A stretch of 32,000 bases of DNA from Mucisphaera calidilacus (GTDB taxonomy: Bacteria; Planctomycetota; Phycisphaerae; Phycisphaerales; Phycisphaeraceae), in assembly GCF_007748075.1 (NCBI RefSeq), contig NZ_CP036280.1:30001-62000 (forward strand), given 5' to 3'. Below, one piece after another: positions 1-9,361 of the stretch. Each line of letters opens with the position of its first letter. Positions within the stretch are counted from its first letter, which is position 1. The position numbers and the translations under genes were made by a program. Under the pieces are notes generated by a model that saw nothing but the letters and a program-made list of their open reading frames with translations, was not told the origin of the DNA and did no database searches.

Positions 1-651
1 GTCCTGCCCCGTTTCGCCTCGATCTACGCCAGCCGCGGGGCCGACCTGCCCCTGCCCACACAACTGCTGATCGGCATCAGCACCACCTTCACGAGCTACT
101 GGCCCCACATGCTCGCCGGCGCGATCGCCCTCGGGATCGGGGCCTACTTCTACTTCCGCTCGACCCACGGCCGGCACCTCATCGACACCGCCAAACTCGG
201 CCTGCCGCTCTTCGGGCCGCTCTTCAACAAGCTCTACCTCACACGCTCGTTCCGCACGATGAGCGTCATGCTCGACGCCGGCGTGCCGCTGCTCGATCTC
301 ATCGGGATCACGCGCAACATCACGACCAACCACCACATCGCACGCCTCTGGGACGACGTCGCTGATCAGGTCAAGCAGGGCGGCAACATCTCGACCGTGC
401 TGCGCGATTCGCCGTATATCTCGGGTTCGATTGCGCAGATGATCGCATCGGGCGAGCAGGCGGGGCGTGTCGGCGACATCATGGCACGCGTCGCGCAGCG
501 CACCGAGGAAGAGTTCGAGCGAGGGGTCAAGGCGATGACGCAGTTCGTGGAGCCCGCCATGATCGCGGCGCTCGGCCTTGTCGTCGGCTTCGTCGCCATC
601 GCGCTGCTGCTGCCGATCTTCTCGGTTGGCAAGGTCGTCTCCGGCGGGTGA
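1..651 (+). CDS. Type II secretion / type IV pilus platform protein, GspF/PilC family (C-terminal part; N-terminus lies upstream of the window)
   Basis: Frame 1 is open from base 1 (VLPRFASIYASRGADLPLP...) and runs into tracked ORF 109..651. T2SS-F-type stretches are present: SFRTMSVMLDAGVPLLDLIGI, SGEQAGRVGDIM and the C-terminal TM helix FVEPAMIAALGLVVGFVAIALLLPIF. Confidence 0.85.
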   Translation, partial: VLPRFASIYASRGADLPLPTQLLIGISTTFTSYWPHMLAGAIALGIGAYFYFRSTHGRHLIDTAKLGLPLFGPLFNKLYLTRSFRTMSVMLDAGVPLLDLIGITRNITTNHHIARLWDDVADQVKQGGNISTVLRDSPYISGSIAQMIASGEQAGRVGDIMARVAQRTEEEFERGVKAMTQFVEPAMIAALGLVVGFVAIALLLPIFSVGKVVSGG

Positions 652-751
652 TCCAAACCGTAATCCAACACGTTTCTTACCGAAGATTCACGCGTCCTCC
701 TCTGCTAGTTTCCGTCGCTCGGGAACCCCCAAACCACAGAGGAGATTCAGC

Positions 752-2281
752 ATGAAGTCCGCCATCACCCTGACCGCTGCCGCCTGCGCTCTCGCGCTCA
801 ACACGTCCGTTGCCGACGCCTGGACCATGGGCGTCCTCACCGACACCCAGGGCGCCGGCCAGTACCCGCTCGTGTCGACGCGCCTGATGGACCCGGTCGT
901 CGATCGTTTCGTCAACCACCACCAGATCGACATGCTCATGTCCGTCGGCGACCTCTCCGACCGTGGCACGCAGGCCGAGTTCGATCTCTGGAACCAGCAC
1001 GCGGCGCCGCTCTACGACGCCAACATCCCCATGTACATCGCCCGTGGCAACCACGACGTCAAGACCGAGAGCGAGATCCCGGCCATCGACCCGCTCTTCG
1101 GGCCCGTCACGCTCCGCGGCACCGAGCTCTGGGACGCCAACATCCAGGTCCCCGCCAACCCGACCGTCACGCCCGGCCCCGGCGCGAGCTACACCTTCGC
1201 CTACGAGAACACCTTCTTCATCAACATCGACGTCTACGGCACCGCGCCCTCCGAGCTGATCGGCTGGCTGACGCAGGTCGCCCTTCCCACCGCGGCGCTG
1301 TCCGGTGCCGAACACAAGTTCCTGTTCCAGCACGAGCCCTGGTTCGGCAAGGCCCGCTCGGGCATCCTCGCCGCCGACCCCGCTACCGAGCTGGAGCTGC
1401 TGACCGGGATCGCCCAGGCCGGCGTCTCGACCATCTTCGTCGGGCACGACCACCAGTACTCGCGCTCGGTCGCACTCGACCCCTCTGGCGACGTCCTGCT
1501 CAACCACATCGTCACCGGCTCCAACGCCGAGAAGTACTACCGCCTCGAAGAGGCACCCGGTCCCAACGAGGGCCAGGGCATTCAGATCAACGACCGCGTC
1601 GGCTACTCGATCGTCGAGATCGACGGCCCGCTCGTCAGCTTCACCCACTACGACTCCTTCGCGCCCAGCCCTCTGGACACCGAGCCCTGGACGCCCGAGT
1701 GGACCGTCGCCGACCGCTTCACCTTCGCTTCCAACGGCGACCAGTTCTTTGTCGAGGCCGACGCGTCCTTCGCCGGCCTCGGGAGCACCAGCCCCAACGG
1801 CACGGTCGCCACGATCCTCGACGGCATCAACGAGACCTACGAGACGCTGACCACCGATCCGGATCCCGGCGAGACACCGCAGACCTTCACCCTCGGCCAG
1901 ATCGTCAACTTCGCCTGGATCGATGCCACCGACGAAACCCTCTCCGACATCCTCGTTCTCAACGGACTGGCCGACGAGGCCAACGGCATCGCGGCCGACG
2001 CTTACACCCTTCAGCTCTCCTACGACGACACCAACGTCTCCGACGAGACCGCGCTGATCATCGCCTTCCTCGACGAGGCGACCGGCCAGTGGATCCCCGC
2101 CATCGACGGCAACCTTGGCGACGCCGACTCGGCCGCCGCCTACACCATCGACACCGACGCCAACACCATCAGCGTCACGCTCGATCACAACGCGCCCGGC
2201 ACGCGCTTCGCCGTCGTCCCCGAGCCCGCCACCGCGCTGCTCGCCCTGACCGGCCTCGCCGCCCTCGCGCGTCGTCGCTGA
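752..2281 (+). CDS. Secreted calcineurin-like metallophosphoesterase with C-terminal PEP-CTERM sorting domain
   Basis: Lies in tracked ORF 578..2281. Start placed at ATG 752 (GGAG at 741-744, 7 nt upstream), giving signal peptide MKSAITLTAAACALALNTSVADA. Metallophosphoesterase motifs GDLSDRG, ARGNHD and VGHDHQYS. C-terminus VPEPATALLALTGLAALARRR has VPEP, a TM helix and an Arg cluster. Confidence 0.8.
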   Translation: MKSAITLTAAACALALNTSVADAWTMGVLTDTQGAGQYPLVSTRLMDPVVDRFVNHHQIDMLMSVGDLSDRGTQAEFDLWNQHAAPLYDANIPMYIARGNHDVKTESEIPAIDPLFGPVTLRGTELWDANIQVPANPTVTPGPGASYTFAYENTFFINIDVYGTAPSELIGWLTQVALPTAALSGAEHKFLFQHEPWFGKARSGILAADPATELELLTGIAQAGVSTIFVGHDHQYSRSVALDPSGDVLLNHIVTGSNAEKYYRLEEAPGPNEGQGIQINDRVGYSIVEIDGPLVSFTHYDSFAPSPLDTEPWTPEWTVADRFTFASNGDQFFVEADASFAGLGSTSPNGTVATILDGINETYETLTTDPDPGETPQTFTLGQIVNFAWIDATDETLSDILVLNGLADEANGIAADAYTLQLSYDDTNVSDETALIIAFLDEATGQWIPAIDGNLGDADSAAAYTIDTDANTISVTLDHNAPGTRFAVVPEPATALLALTGLAALARRR

Positions 2282-2309
2282 ACCACGTAGAACAACACAC
2301 GACACACAA

Positions 2310-2338
2310 GGCCGAGTCCTGCGGGACTCGGCCTTTTT
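2310..2338 (+). terminator. Rho-independent terminator after the metallophosphoesterase gene
   Basis: Perfect 10-bp stem GGCCGAGTCC (2310-2319) / GGACTCGGCC (2324-2333) with loop TGCG, followed by TTTTT (2334-2338). It begins about 30 nt after the stop codon at 2279-2281. Confidence 0.65.
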
Positions 2339-2359
2339 CATGCGCCTCGGCGGCTTGAA

Positions 2360-4282
2360 TCAGACGTCCAGTGCCTCGGCCGTCTCCGCACGCTCCATGA
2401 TGAAGCGGAACCGCGCCGACGCGTCCTTGCCCATGAGTTCATTCACCACCCGGTCCGCCTCGATCGCGTCGGGGATCTCCACCCGCAGCAGCCGACGCGT
2501 CTCGGGGTTGAGCGTCGTCTCCCAGAGCACCTTGGGCATCATCTCGCCGAGGCCCTTGAACCGCGTGATCTCCACCTTCGACCGGCCGTTGGCCTCAGCC
2601 AGGATCCGTTCGCGGTCCGCGTCGTCCGCGGCCCACATCGTCTCCTGCCCGATGTCGATGCGGTAGAGAGGCGGCATGGCGACGTAGACCCGGCCGTCCT
2701 GGATCAGCCCGGGCAGGAAGCGGTAGACGAACGTCAGCAGCAGCGTCGTAATGTGGTGGCCGTCCGAATCCGCGTCCGCCAGCAGGATCAGCCGCTGGTA
2801 ACGCAGCCGGCTGATGTCGAAGTCCTTGCCGATGCCGCACCCCAGCGCTGTCACGAGGTCGGCCAGTTCCTTGTTGTCGAGCACCTTCTTGAGCGTCGCC
2901 GACTCGACGTTGAGTACCTTGCCACGCAGCGGGAGCACCGCCTGGCGGTGACGGTCGCGCCCCTGCTTGGCCGACCCGCCCGCCGAGTCACCCTCGACGA
3001 TGAACAGCTCCGTTTCCGACCGGTCGCGTGCCAGGCAGTCCGAGAGCTTGCCCGGCAGCATGAGGCGTGCGGTGGGTGTCTTGCGCGATACCGCCGCCGA
3101 GGCCGCCCGCGACGCCTCGCGCGCCCGCGCTGCGGCGATGATCCGCGCGACGATCGCCTGGGCTGCCGTGCCGTTGGCGTTGAGCCACTGCTCGAGTGAA
3201 CCACGCACCGCGTTGTCCACCATGGCCGTCGCCTCGGGGTTGTTCAGCCGGTCCTTGGTCTGACCCTGGAACTGCGGGTCGCCGATGAAGACCGAGACGA
3301 TCGCCAGCAGGCCCTCGCGCAGGTCGTCGGCGGTCAGCGTCACGCCGCGCGGCGCCAGGCTGTGCGTCTCGATGTAGTTGCGGATCGCCTTGCCCAGCCC
3401 GGCCCGGAAGCCGTTCTCGTGGGTTCCCCCGTCGCCGGTGGGGATGCCGTTGACGTAGCTCCGGACGTACTCGTCGGTCGACTCGGTCCAGCGAAGCACC
3501 AGCTCGACCCGCCCGCCGTTGTCTTTCTCGGTCCAGAAGCTCGCCTCGTGGATCGGCCGTGCCGATCGTGCCTTCATCAGGTGGTCGAGGTACTGGCGGA
3601 TCCCCTCGTCGTGCTGATAGACCACCTTGCGATCGTCGCCCGAGGCGGCCTCGTCCTCGAAGACGACACGCAGCCCGCGGTGCAGGTAGCTGATCACCTC
3701 CAGCCGCTCGCGGATGATCGACGGGTCGAACTTCGTCTTGGGGAAGATCGTGGGGTCGGGGGTGAAGGCGATCGTCGTGCCCGTCCCCCGCGCGCCGGGC
3801 TTGGCCTTGAGCTTGCCCTTCGCCTTGCCCGCCGAGAATGACAGGCTGTAGCGTTTGCCGCCGCGACGCACCTCCGCGTCCAGTTGTTTCGAGAGCGCGT
3901 TGACCACCGAGGCCCCGACGCCGTGCAGCCCGCCCGAGGTCTTGTAGTTCTGCCCCTCGAACTTCCCGCCCGCGTGGAGCGTCGTCAGGATGATCTCCAG
4001 CGCCGACTTCTTGTGCTTGGGGTGGATGTCAACCGGGATCCCCCGGCCGTTGTCCGACACCGTCACCGTCTGGTGCTCGGCGTCGAGCGTGACCACCACC
4101 TCGGTGGCGTGCCCGTTCATCGCCTCGTCGACCGCGTTGTCCACGATCTCCCACACCAGGTGGTGCAGCCCCGTCGACCCCACGCCCCCGATGTACATGC
4201 CCGGCCGCTTGCGTACCGGGTCCAGTCCCTCGAGAACCGTGATGTCCTTGGCGGTGTAGGCGGCGGCTGCGGCGGGGCTCAT
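2360..4282 (-). CDS. Type IIA DNA topoisomerase subunit B (GyrB/ParE family; probably the ParE-type partner of the GyrA-box-less A subunit at 4881..7286)
   Basis: Lies in tracked ORF 2360..4324. Start placed at ATG 4282 (MSPAAAAAYTAKDITVLEGLDPVRKRPGMYIG). GHKL ATPase motifs EIVDNAVDE, DNGRGIP and GGLHGVGASVVNALS. Toprim motifs EGDSAGGSAKQGRDR and DADSDGHHI. Confidence 0.9.
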   Translation of the reverse strand: MSPAAAAAYTAKDITVLEGLDPVRKRPGMYIGGVGSTGLHHLVWEIVDNAVDEAMNGHATEVVVTLDAEHQTVTVSDNGRGIPVDIHPKHKKSALEIILTTLHAGGKFEGQNYKTSGGLHGVGASVVNALSKQLDAEVRRGGKRYSLSFSAGKAKGKLKAKPGARGTGTTIAFTPDPTIFPKTKFDPSIIRERLEVISYLHRGLRVVFEDEAASGDDRKVVYQHDEGIRQYLDHLMKARSARPIHEASFWTEKDNGGRVELVLRWTESTDEYVRSYVNGIPTGDGGTHENGFRAGLGKAIRNYIETHSLAPRGVTLTADDLREGLLAIVSVFIGDPQFQGQTKDRLNNPEATAMVDNAVRGSLEQWLNANGTAAQAIVARIIAAARAREASRAASAAVSRKTPTARLMLPGKLSDCLARDRSETELFIVEGDSAGGSAKQGRDRHRQAVLPLRGKVLNVESATLKKVLDNKELADLVTALGCGIGKDFDISRLRYQRLILLADADSDGHHITTLLLTFVYRFLPGLIQDGRVYVAMPPLYRIDIGQETMWAADDADRERILAEANGRSKVEITRFKGLGEMMPKVLWETTLNPETRRLLRVEIPDAIEADRVVNELMGKDASARFRFIMERAETAEALDV

Positions 4283-4316
4283 CGGCACGTCTTCCCTGAC
4301 GTTGGTCCGTCTCTCG

Positions 4317-4354
4317 CAAAACAAAAAACAGGGTCGGGCCCCTCAGCCCGACCC
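4317..4354 (-). terminator. Rho-independent terminator (minus strand) downstream of the lipoprotein gene and immediately upstream of the topoisomerase B start
   Basis: Minus strand reads GGGTCGGGC (4354-4346), loop TGAGGG, GCCCGACCC (4339-4331), then TGTTTTTTGTTTTG (4330-4317). The stem is 9 bp and perfect, with a long T tract. On the plus strand the hairpin is preceded by an A run, so it is unidirectional. Confidence 0.65.
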
Positions 4355-4417
4355 CGGGAGACACAGCCGATCATACATGACCAGCACGCACGCGACGTTG
4401 TTGGGTCTCAGATTCGG

Positions 4418-4816
4418 TCAGTCCAGTTGCACGCTTACCGTGCGGTCCTGGTGGATCACAAAGCGGATCGGCCCGCTGTAGCCGTCCGAGTAGTAACGCG
4501 CCATCTTGATCGGACGCCAGAACCGGCCCTGACCCGGCTCGGTCCAGTGAACCTCGGCGTGCCGCGGCGCCGTCAGGGCACCGTGCTTGAGGTCCTCGTC
4601 CTGATCCGGGCGGATCGTGCCGAAGCTCATCGGCATCTCGGCCCCCGTGATCACCACCTCGCTGATCTTGTTCCGGGTCTGATTTTCCACCCAGAACACC
4701 AGCGGCTTAGCCGGTTCGGTCTTCACCCCCGCCTCGGCTTCCTTGGGCCCACAACCCGTCAGCAGAACGGCCAGAATCGCACCAACAGCAAAAACGATCG
4801 CACAATGTTTCAGCAT
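4418..4816 (-). CDS. Small lipoprotein of unknown function
   Basis: Lies in tracked ORF 4418..4849. Start placed at ATG 4816, with GGAGG at 4828-4824 upstream on the minus strand. N-terminus MLKHCAIVFAVGAILAVLLTGC is a signal peptide with lipobox LLTGC. I recognise no catalytic motif. Confidence 0.6.
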   Translation of the reverse strand: MLKHCAIVFAVGAILAVLLTGCGPKEAEAGVKTEPAKPLVFWVENQTRNKISEVVITGAEMPMSFGTIRPDQDEDLKHGALTAPRHAEVHWTEPGQGRFWRPIKMARYYSDGYSGPIRFVIHQDRTVSVQLD

Positions 4817-4880
4817 TCGACACCTCCATGAGCGTGCGGCCCGGCCCATCCGTACCGCGTGTCACGAGGGTTATCGGCCT

Positions 4881-7286
4881 CTAGCTATCGGACTTGAGGT
4901 CCGGCGCTTCGATTTCCTGTGGAATCACCCCGGTCAGGGTTCCGGTCTTGACGATTTCGCGGCCTCTGCCGCCTCGGGACGTCAACTCGTACCGCCCGGT
5001 GTTGATCCGCTGCTCTCCGCCACGCCCCGTCACCGCCGTCAGCGTGTCCCGCTCGGTCTCCGCGACCCGCATCCCGAGCAGGCGGTCGTCGCCCTTGAGC
5101 TTGATCACCAGCACCCCGCGGCCCGGGCCCGCCAGCGCGTTGACCTCGTCCACGCGGCACAGCAGCGCCCGCCGGCCCGACGACACGACGATCAGCGTCT
5201 CGTCGTCCGCCGCGTACGCCACGCCCAGCACCCGCGCCTCCTTCGCCGGCCGCGCAAACCGCCGGCCCGAACGCGTGCTCGGTTCCGCGAACGGCGCCAG
5301 CGAGAACCGCAGGCCGTAGCCGTCGTCGGTCACCGCCAGCGCGTGCGGCACATCCGGCTCGTTCCCCACATCCGTAATAAACCGGCTGTCCAGCGAGATC
5401 ACCGACACGATCCGCTCCCCGTCGGCCAGCTTGAACAGCTTCTGGATCGGCTCGCCGTAGCCCGTCGTCGCCGGCAGGTCGATGATCCGCGACGTGTAGG
5501 CCACGCCGTGACTCGACAGGAACACGACCGTCGCACGCGTCGAACCCCCCACGCAGGCCAGCACGCGGTCGCCCTCACGCACGCGCGACTTGCCCGGGTC
5601 CTTGATCTCCTTCTGACGCTTGATCCAGCCGTCCGCCGTGACCAGCACGTGGTTGTCCTCGTCGACGATGAAGTCCTCCGCCGCGAACTCCGCGTCGTCG
5701 CCGCCGTCGGCCAGCACCGTCCGCCGCGGGCTCGCCTTGCCCAGTTCCCGGCCGAGAGTGTCGACCTCGTCCCGCACGATCTGCCACAGCGGGGAACCGG
5801 TGTCCGACGTGTCCGACTTGAGTAGACGACGGATCTCGGCGGCCCGCTTTTTCTTCTCCTTTAACTCGTCGCGGATCACGCGGATCTCGAGCTTTGCCAG
5901 CCGGTAGAGCTTGAGCTCGAGGATCGCGTCGGTCTGGTCCTCGTCGAGCCCGCCCCTGCCCCCGAACCGCTTGAGGATCTTCGCCGCCGCGTCCGCCTTC
6001 CCGTCCGAAGCCCGGATGATTCTGATGATCTCGTCGAGGACGTCGAACGCCAACGCGAATCCCTCGAGCAGGTGGATCCGCTTCTCCAGCTGGCCCAGCT
6101 CGTGCTCCAGGCGACGCGTGACCACGTCCAGGCGGAAGTGCAGGAAGTGCCACAGCACCTCCTTGAGCCCCAGCCGCTGCGGCGCCGCCACCTCCGGGTT
6201 CTCCGTCGGCACCAGGCAGGTCAGGTTGACCCCGATGTTCACCTGCAGCGGCGTGTGCTTGAACAGGTAGGCCATCACCATCGCCGGGTCGGCGTCACGC
6301 TTGAGTTCCAGCTCGATCCGCACGTCGTCCGTCGACACGTCCTTGACGTCCAGCAGCAGCGGCAGCTTCCGGCTCACCACCACGTCCGCGATCCGCTCCA
6401 CCAGCACCGACTTGTTCACCGCGTAAGGCACCGACGTCACGTAGACCATCAGCGGCCCGCGCGCACTCGGCTTCTTCTCCAGCTCCCACGTCGCACGCAG
6501 CTTCACGCTGCCCGAGCCGGTCTGGTAGATCTCGCGCAGCGTCGACCGGTCCGCGATCAACGCGCCGCCCGTCGGGAAGTCCGGGCCCTGCACCGCGTCC
6601 TTGCCCACCAGCTGGTAATCCTTCACCTCGGGATTGTCCAGCAGCTTCAGCAGCGCCTTGCACACCTCGCCCGGGTGGTGAGGCGGGACGCTCGTCGCCA
6701 TGCCCACCGCGATGCCCGAAGAGCCGTTGATCAGCAGGTTCGGCAGGCGTGCCGGCAGCACCACCGGCTCCGACTTGGTCCCGTCGTAGTTCGGACGGAA
6801 GTCCACCGTCTGCTGGCCGATCTCGCTGAGGATCTCCGAGGCCACCGGCGCCAGACGGCACTCGGTGTAACGCATCGCCGCGGCCGGGTCGCCGTCGAGC
6901 GACCCGAAGTTCCCCGAGCCGTCAATCAGGGGCATCCGCAGCGAGAACGACTGCGCCATCCGGACCAGCGCGTCGTAGATCGCGCTGTCGCCGTGCGGGT
7001 GGTAATTGCCCATCACGTCGCCGACGACCTTGGCACACTTGCGGTGCTTCGCCTCCGCCGTCAGCCGCTGCTGCCACATCGTGAACAGGATCCGCCGCTG
7101 CACCGGCTTGAGGCCGTCCCGGACGTCGGGCAGCGCACGGCTGGTGATCACCGACAACGCGTAATTCAGGTATCGATCGCTCGCCAGGTCGTGCAGCGCG
7201 ACCCCCTCCACCGTCGTCGCCGCCCCGTTGCCCGTGACGTCCGCGAACAGGTCCGATTCATCGTGCTTCTTGCGTCGCCTGGCCAA
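4881..7286 (-). CDS. Type IIA DNA topoisomerase subunit A (GyrA/ParC family; ParC-like because the C-terminal domain has no GyrA box)
   Basis: TTG start at 7286, preceded by GGAGGG (7298-7293) at 6-nt spacing. Motifs [18 protein letters not shown] and [10 protein letters not shown] (catalytic Tyr). The 801-aa length and the CTD entry [25 protein letters not shown], which lacks Q(R/K)RGG(K/R)G, resemble ParC. Confidence 0.9.
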   Translation of the reverse strand: MARRRKKHDESDLFADVTGNGAATTVEGVALHDLASDRYLNYALSVITSRALPDVRDGLKPVQRRILFTMWQQRLTAEAKHRKCAKVVGDVMGNYHPHGDSAIYDALVRMAQSFSLRMPLIDGSGNFGSLDGDPAAAMRYTECRLAPVASEILSEIGQQTVDFRPNYDGTKSEPVVLPARLPNLLINGSSGIAVGMATSVPPHHPGEVCKALLKLLDNPEVKDYQLVGKDAVQGPDFPTGGALIADRSTLREIYQTGSGSVKLRATWELEKKPSARGPLMVYVTSVPYAVNKSVLVERIADVVVSRKLPLLLDVKDVSTDDVRIELELKRDADPAMVMAYLFKHTPLQVNIGVNLTCLVPTENPEVAAPQRLGLKEVLWHFLHFRLDVVTRRLEHELGQLEKRIHLLEGFALAFDVLDEIIRIIRASDGKADAAAKILKRFGGRGGLDEDQTDAILELKLYRLAKLEIRVIRDELKEKKKRAAEIRRLLKSDTSDTGSPLWQIVRDEVDTLGRELGKASPRRTVLADGGDDAEFAAEDFIVDEDNHVLVTADGWIKRQKEIKDPGKSRVREGDRVLACVGGSTRATVVFLSSHGVAYTSRIIDLPATTGYGEPIQKLFKLADGERIVSVISLDSRFITDVGNEPDVPHALAVTDDGYGLRFSLAPFAEPSTRSGRRFARPAKEARVLGVAYAADDETLIVVSSGRRALLCRVDEVNALAGPGRGVLVIKLKGDDRLLGMRVAETERDTLTAVTGRGGEQRINTGRYELTSRGGRGREIVKTGTLTGVIPQEIEAPDLKSDS

Positions 7287-7350
7287 AGAAAGCCCTCCGT
7301 GGCTGTGTCCCGCCGCCGAGTATACGCGACGAAATCGCTACGCTGAGGCC

Positions 7351-7872
7351 ATGCCCGCCGACACCACTCTCGCCACGCCGCCGAGCGTCCTCGGCATCGA
7401 CCCCGGATCCCGCGTCACCGGCTATGCCCTGCTCGCACCCTCCGCCCGGCCGACCGAGCCCCGCGTGATCGAGGCCGGCATCATCAAACTCAACCCCGCC
7501 CACAGCCTCGACCACCGCATCCACCAGCTCCACGCCGACCTCACCGAGCTCATCCAGCGCCTCGGGCCGCACGTTCTCGCTATCGAAAAACTCTACGCCC
7601 ACTACGCCCACCCCCAGACCGCCATCGTGATGGCTCACGCCCGAGGCGTCATCCTCCTCGCCGCCCGGCAGACCGCGCTGACCCTCGAGCACCTGCCCTC
7701 CACCGAGGTCAAAAAGTCGGTCACCGGGCACGGCCACGCCTCCAAGGAACAGGTCCAGCAGGCCGTCACCACGCAGCTCGGTCTCGCCGAGCCCCCCGAG
7801 CCCGCCGACGTCTCCGACGCCCTCGCCATCGCCCTCACCAGCTTCCGGCGACGCACCCTCGCATCACTCTGA
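7351..7872 (+). CDS. ruvC: Crossover junction endodeoxyribonuclease RuvC
   Basis: Lies in tracked ORF 7228..7872. Start at ATG 7351 (GAGG at 7345-7348). Motifs VLGIDPGSRVTGYALL, AIEKLY, VKKSVTGHGHASKEQV and DVSDALAIAL match the RuvC catalytic acidic residues. Confidence 0.85.
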   Translation: MPADTTLATPPSVLGIDPGSRVTGYALLAPSARPTEPRVIEAGIIKLNPAHSLDHRIHQLHADLTELIQRLGPHVLAIEKLYAHYAHPQTAIVMAHARGVILLAARQTALTLEHLPSTEVKKSVTGHGHASKEQVQQAVTTQLGLAEPPEPADVSDALAIALTSFRRRTLASL

Positions 7873-8793
7873 GGCCGGCGTGTACGCCAGCACCGCGATC
7901 ACCGGGTCGTGATCCGAGGCCAGCACGCCATCCACCAGCCCGTAATCGATCAGCGATTCACGCGTGACCAGCCCGCCGGTGTGCAGGATCCAGTCGATCC
8001 GGTCGCCCGTCCGCGGCTCGTCCGCCCGAAACCGGTTGTACGTCCCCTCCTCCGCACGACGCTCCGGGTTGGCCAGCCGGTACGCGTCCACCAGCGGCGC
8101 GACCACGGCATGCTCATCGTGCACCAGCGCCCGGTAGGGCGGGCTGCCCTCGCCGGCGTTGAAATCACCCAGCAGCACCAGCGGGATCGCATCCGGGACC
8201 ATCGCCATCCTGTTTCGGATCAGCCGCGCCGCCTCAAGCCGCGACACCGGCCCGCGATGGTCAAAGTGCGTGTTGGCCACCACCAACTGCTGCCCCGCCA
8301 CTCGGTCCTCCACCAGCACCCATGAGAGCATCCGCGTCATCGACGCGTCCCAGCCCACCGACGCCACGACCTCCGGTGTCTCACTCAACCAGAGGTGCCC
8401 GCGGTCCACCGAGACGAAACGATCTGCACGCAGGAACAACCCGCAGAACTCACCCCCGCGCTCGCCGTCGTCCCGGCCCACGCCCCAGAACCAGTACGCC
8501 GGCAGGGCCGCTTGCAGCTCATCAACCTGAAACGCCAACGCCTCCTGCACGCCCAGCACGTCCGGGTCGTGCCGACGGATCATCCCGATCACCGCGGCCC
8601 GCCGATGCGGCCAGGCGTGCTCGCCATCCTTCGCCGTCCCGAAACGGATGTTGAACGTCATCGCCGTGAACCGGCCGTCGACCTCCGCCTCACGCAGCGC
8701 CGGAAAATCCGGCTCCGGCCCCGGGGCCTCGCCCCATGCCGATGCCGTGCACACGCCCATCACCAGCAGACACAACAAACCGCTCTGCAACAT
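7864..8793 (-). CDS. Secreted endonuclease/exonuclease/phosphatase (EEP) family protein
   Basis: Lies in tracked ORF 7864..8814. ATG 8793 has GAGGAG (8805-8800) at 6-nt spacing. Signal peptide MLQSGLLCLLVMGVCTASAWG. EEP-type motifs TFNIRFG, LGVQEA, NTHFDH, LLGDFN and SDHDPV. Confidence 0.8.
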   Translation of the reverse strand: MLQSGLLCLLVMGVCTASAWGEAPGPEPDFPALREAEVDGRFTAMTFNIRFGTAKDGEHAWPHRRAAVIGMIRRHDPDVLGVQEALAFQVDELQAALPAYWFWGVGRDDGERGGEFCGLFLRADRFVSVDRGHLWLSETPEVVASVGWDASMTRMLSWVLVEDRVAGQQLVVANTHFDHRGPVSRLEAARLIRNRMAMVPDAIPLVLLGDFNAGEGSPPYRALVHDEHAVVAPLVDAYRLANPERRAEEGTYNRFRADEPRTGDRIDWILHTGGLVTRESLIDYGLVDGVLASDHDPVIAVLAYTPASE

Positions 8794-8820
8794 CTCGGGC
8801 TCCTCGATCAACACCCGGCC

Positions 8821-9357
8821 TCAGCGTGCGAACACCTCGATCATCGCGGCGCAGAACGCCGGCAGGTCGTCCGGGCGACGGCTGCTCACACGCCTGCCGT
8901 CCACCACCACGGGCTCGTCGTGCCAGACCGCGCCCGCGTTCACAAGGTCATCCTTGATCCCGGGCGTGCTCGTGTAATTGATGCCCTTCACGATCCCCGC
9001 CGAGATCTCGATCCACGGGCCGTGGCAGATCGACGCCACCCCGTGCCCCGCCTCCGCGATCCCGCGCGTCATCGCCTTCACCTCGTCGTAACGACGCAGC
9101 TTGTCCGGCATCCACCCGCCCGGCACCACCAGGCCCTGGAAGTCCGACACGCTCAGGTCACGCACCGCCGCCTCCGCACGCTGCGGGTAGCCGTGCTTGC
9201 CGCGGTGCATCACCCCCGCCTCCAGCCCCGCCACGACCACCTCGGCGCCCGCCTCCAGCAGCCGGTACTTGGGCACCTGCAGTTCGAGGTCCTCGTAGTC
9301 GTCGCCAACGAAGACCAGGATCCGCCGTCCGCTCAGAGGTCCATCCATCACACTCAT
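8821..9357 (-). CDS. DJ-1/PfpI family protein (class I glutamine amidotransferase-like / intracellular protease type)
   Basis: Nucleophile elbow SICHGPW, with LVVPGG and VVVDGRRVSSRRPDDLPAF typical of PfpI/YhbO. The start is uncertain (9357, 9351 or 9348) because AAGGAG directly abuts ATG 9357. Confidence 0.85.
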   Translation of the reverse strand: MSVMDGPLSGRRILVFVGDDYEDLELQVPKYRLLEAGAEVVVAGLEAGVMHRGKHGYPQRAEAAVRDLSVSDFQGLVVPGGWMPDKLRRYDEVKAMTRGIAEAGHGVASICHGPWIEISAGIVKGINYTSTPGIKDDLVNAGAVWHDEPVVVDGRRVSSRRPDDLPAFCAAMIEVFAR

Positions 9358-9361
9358 CTCC

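Noticed and set aside
482-497. TGGCACGcgtcgcGCA, a fairly good sigma-54 -24/-12 match on the plus strand
   Set aside because: It lies inside the GspF/PilC coding sequence, about 270 nt upstream of the next start codon. In DNA this GC-rich, a match of this quality is expected by chance about once in a window of this size.
677-2341. 554-aa minus-strand ORF covering the whole metallophosphoesterase gene
   Set aside because: Its composition is Gly/Val/Asp/Arg-rich and low-complexity, with no motifs. It exactly mirrors a plus-strand gene that has clear domain signatures. This is the classic antisense shadow ORF of high-GC DNA.
3884-4831. 315-aa plus-strand ORF spanning the topoisomerase B start, the terminator region and the lipoprotein gene
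   Set aside because: It is an Arg/Pro/His-rich shadow frame that crosses an intergenic terminator. Both underlying minus-strand genes have proper signals.
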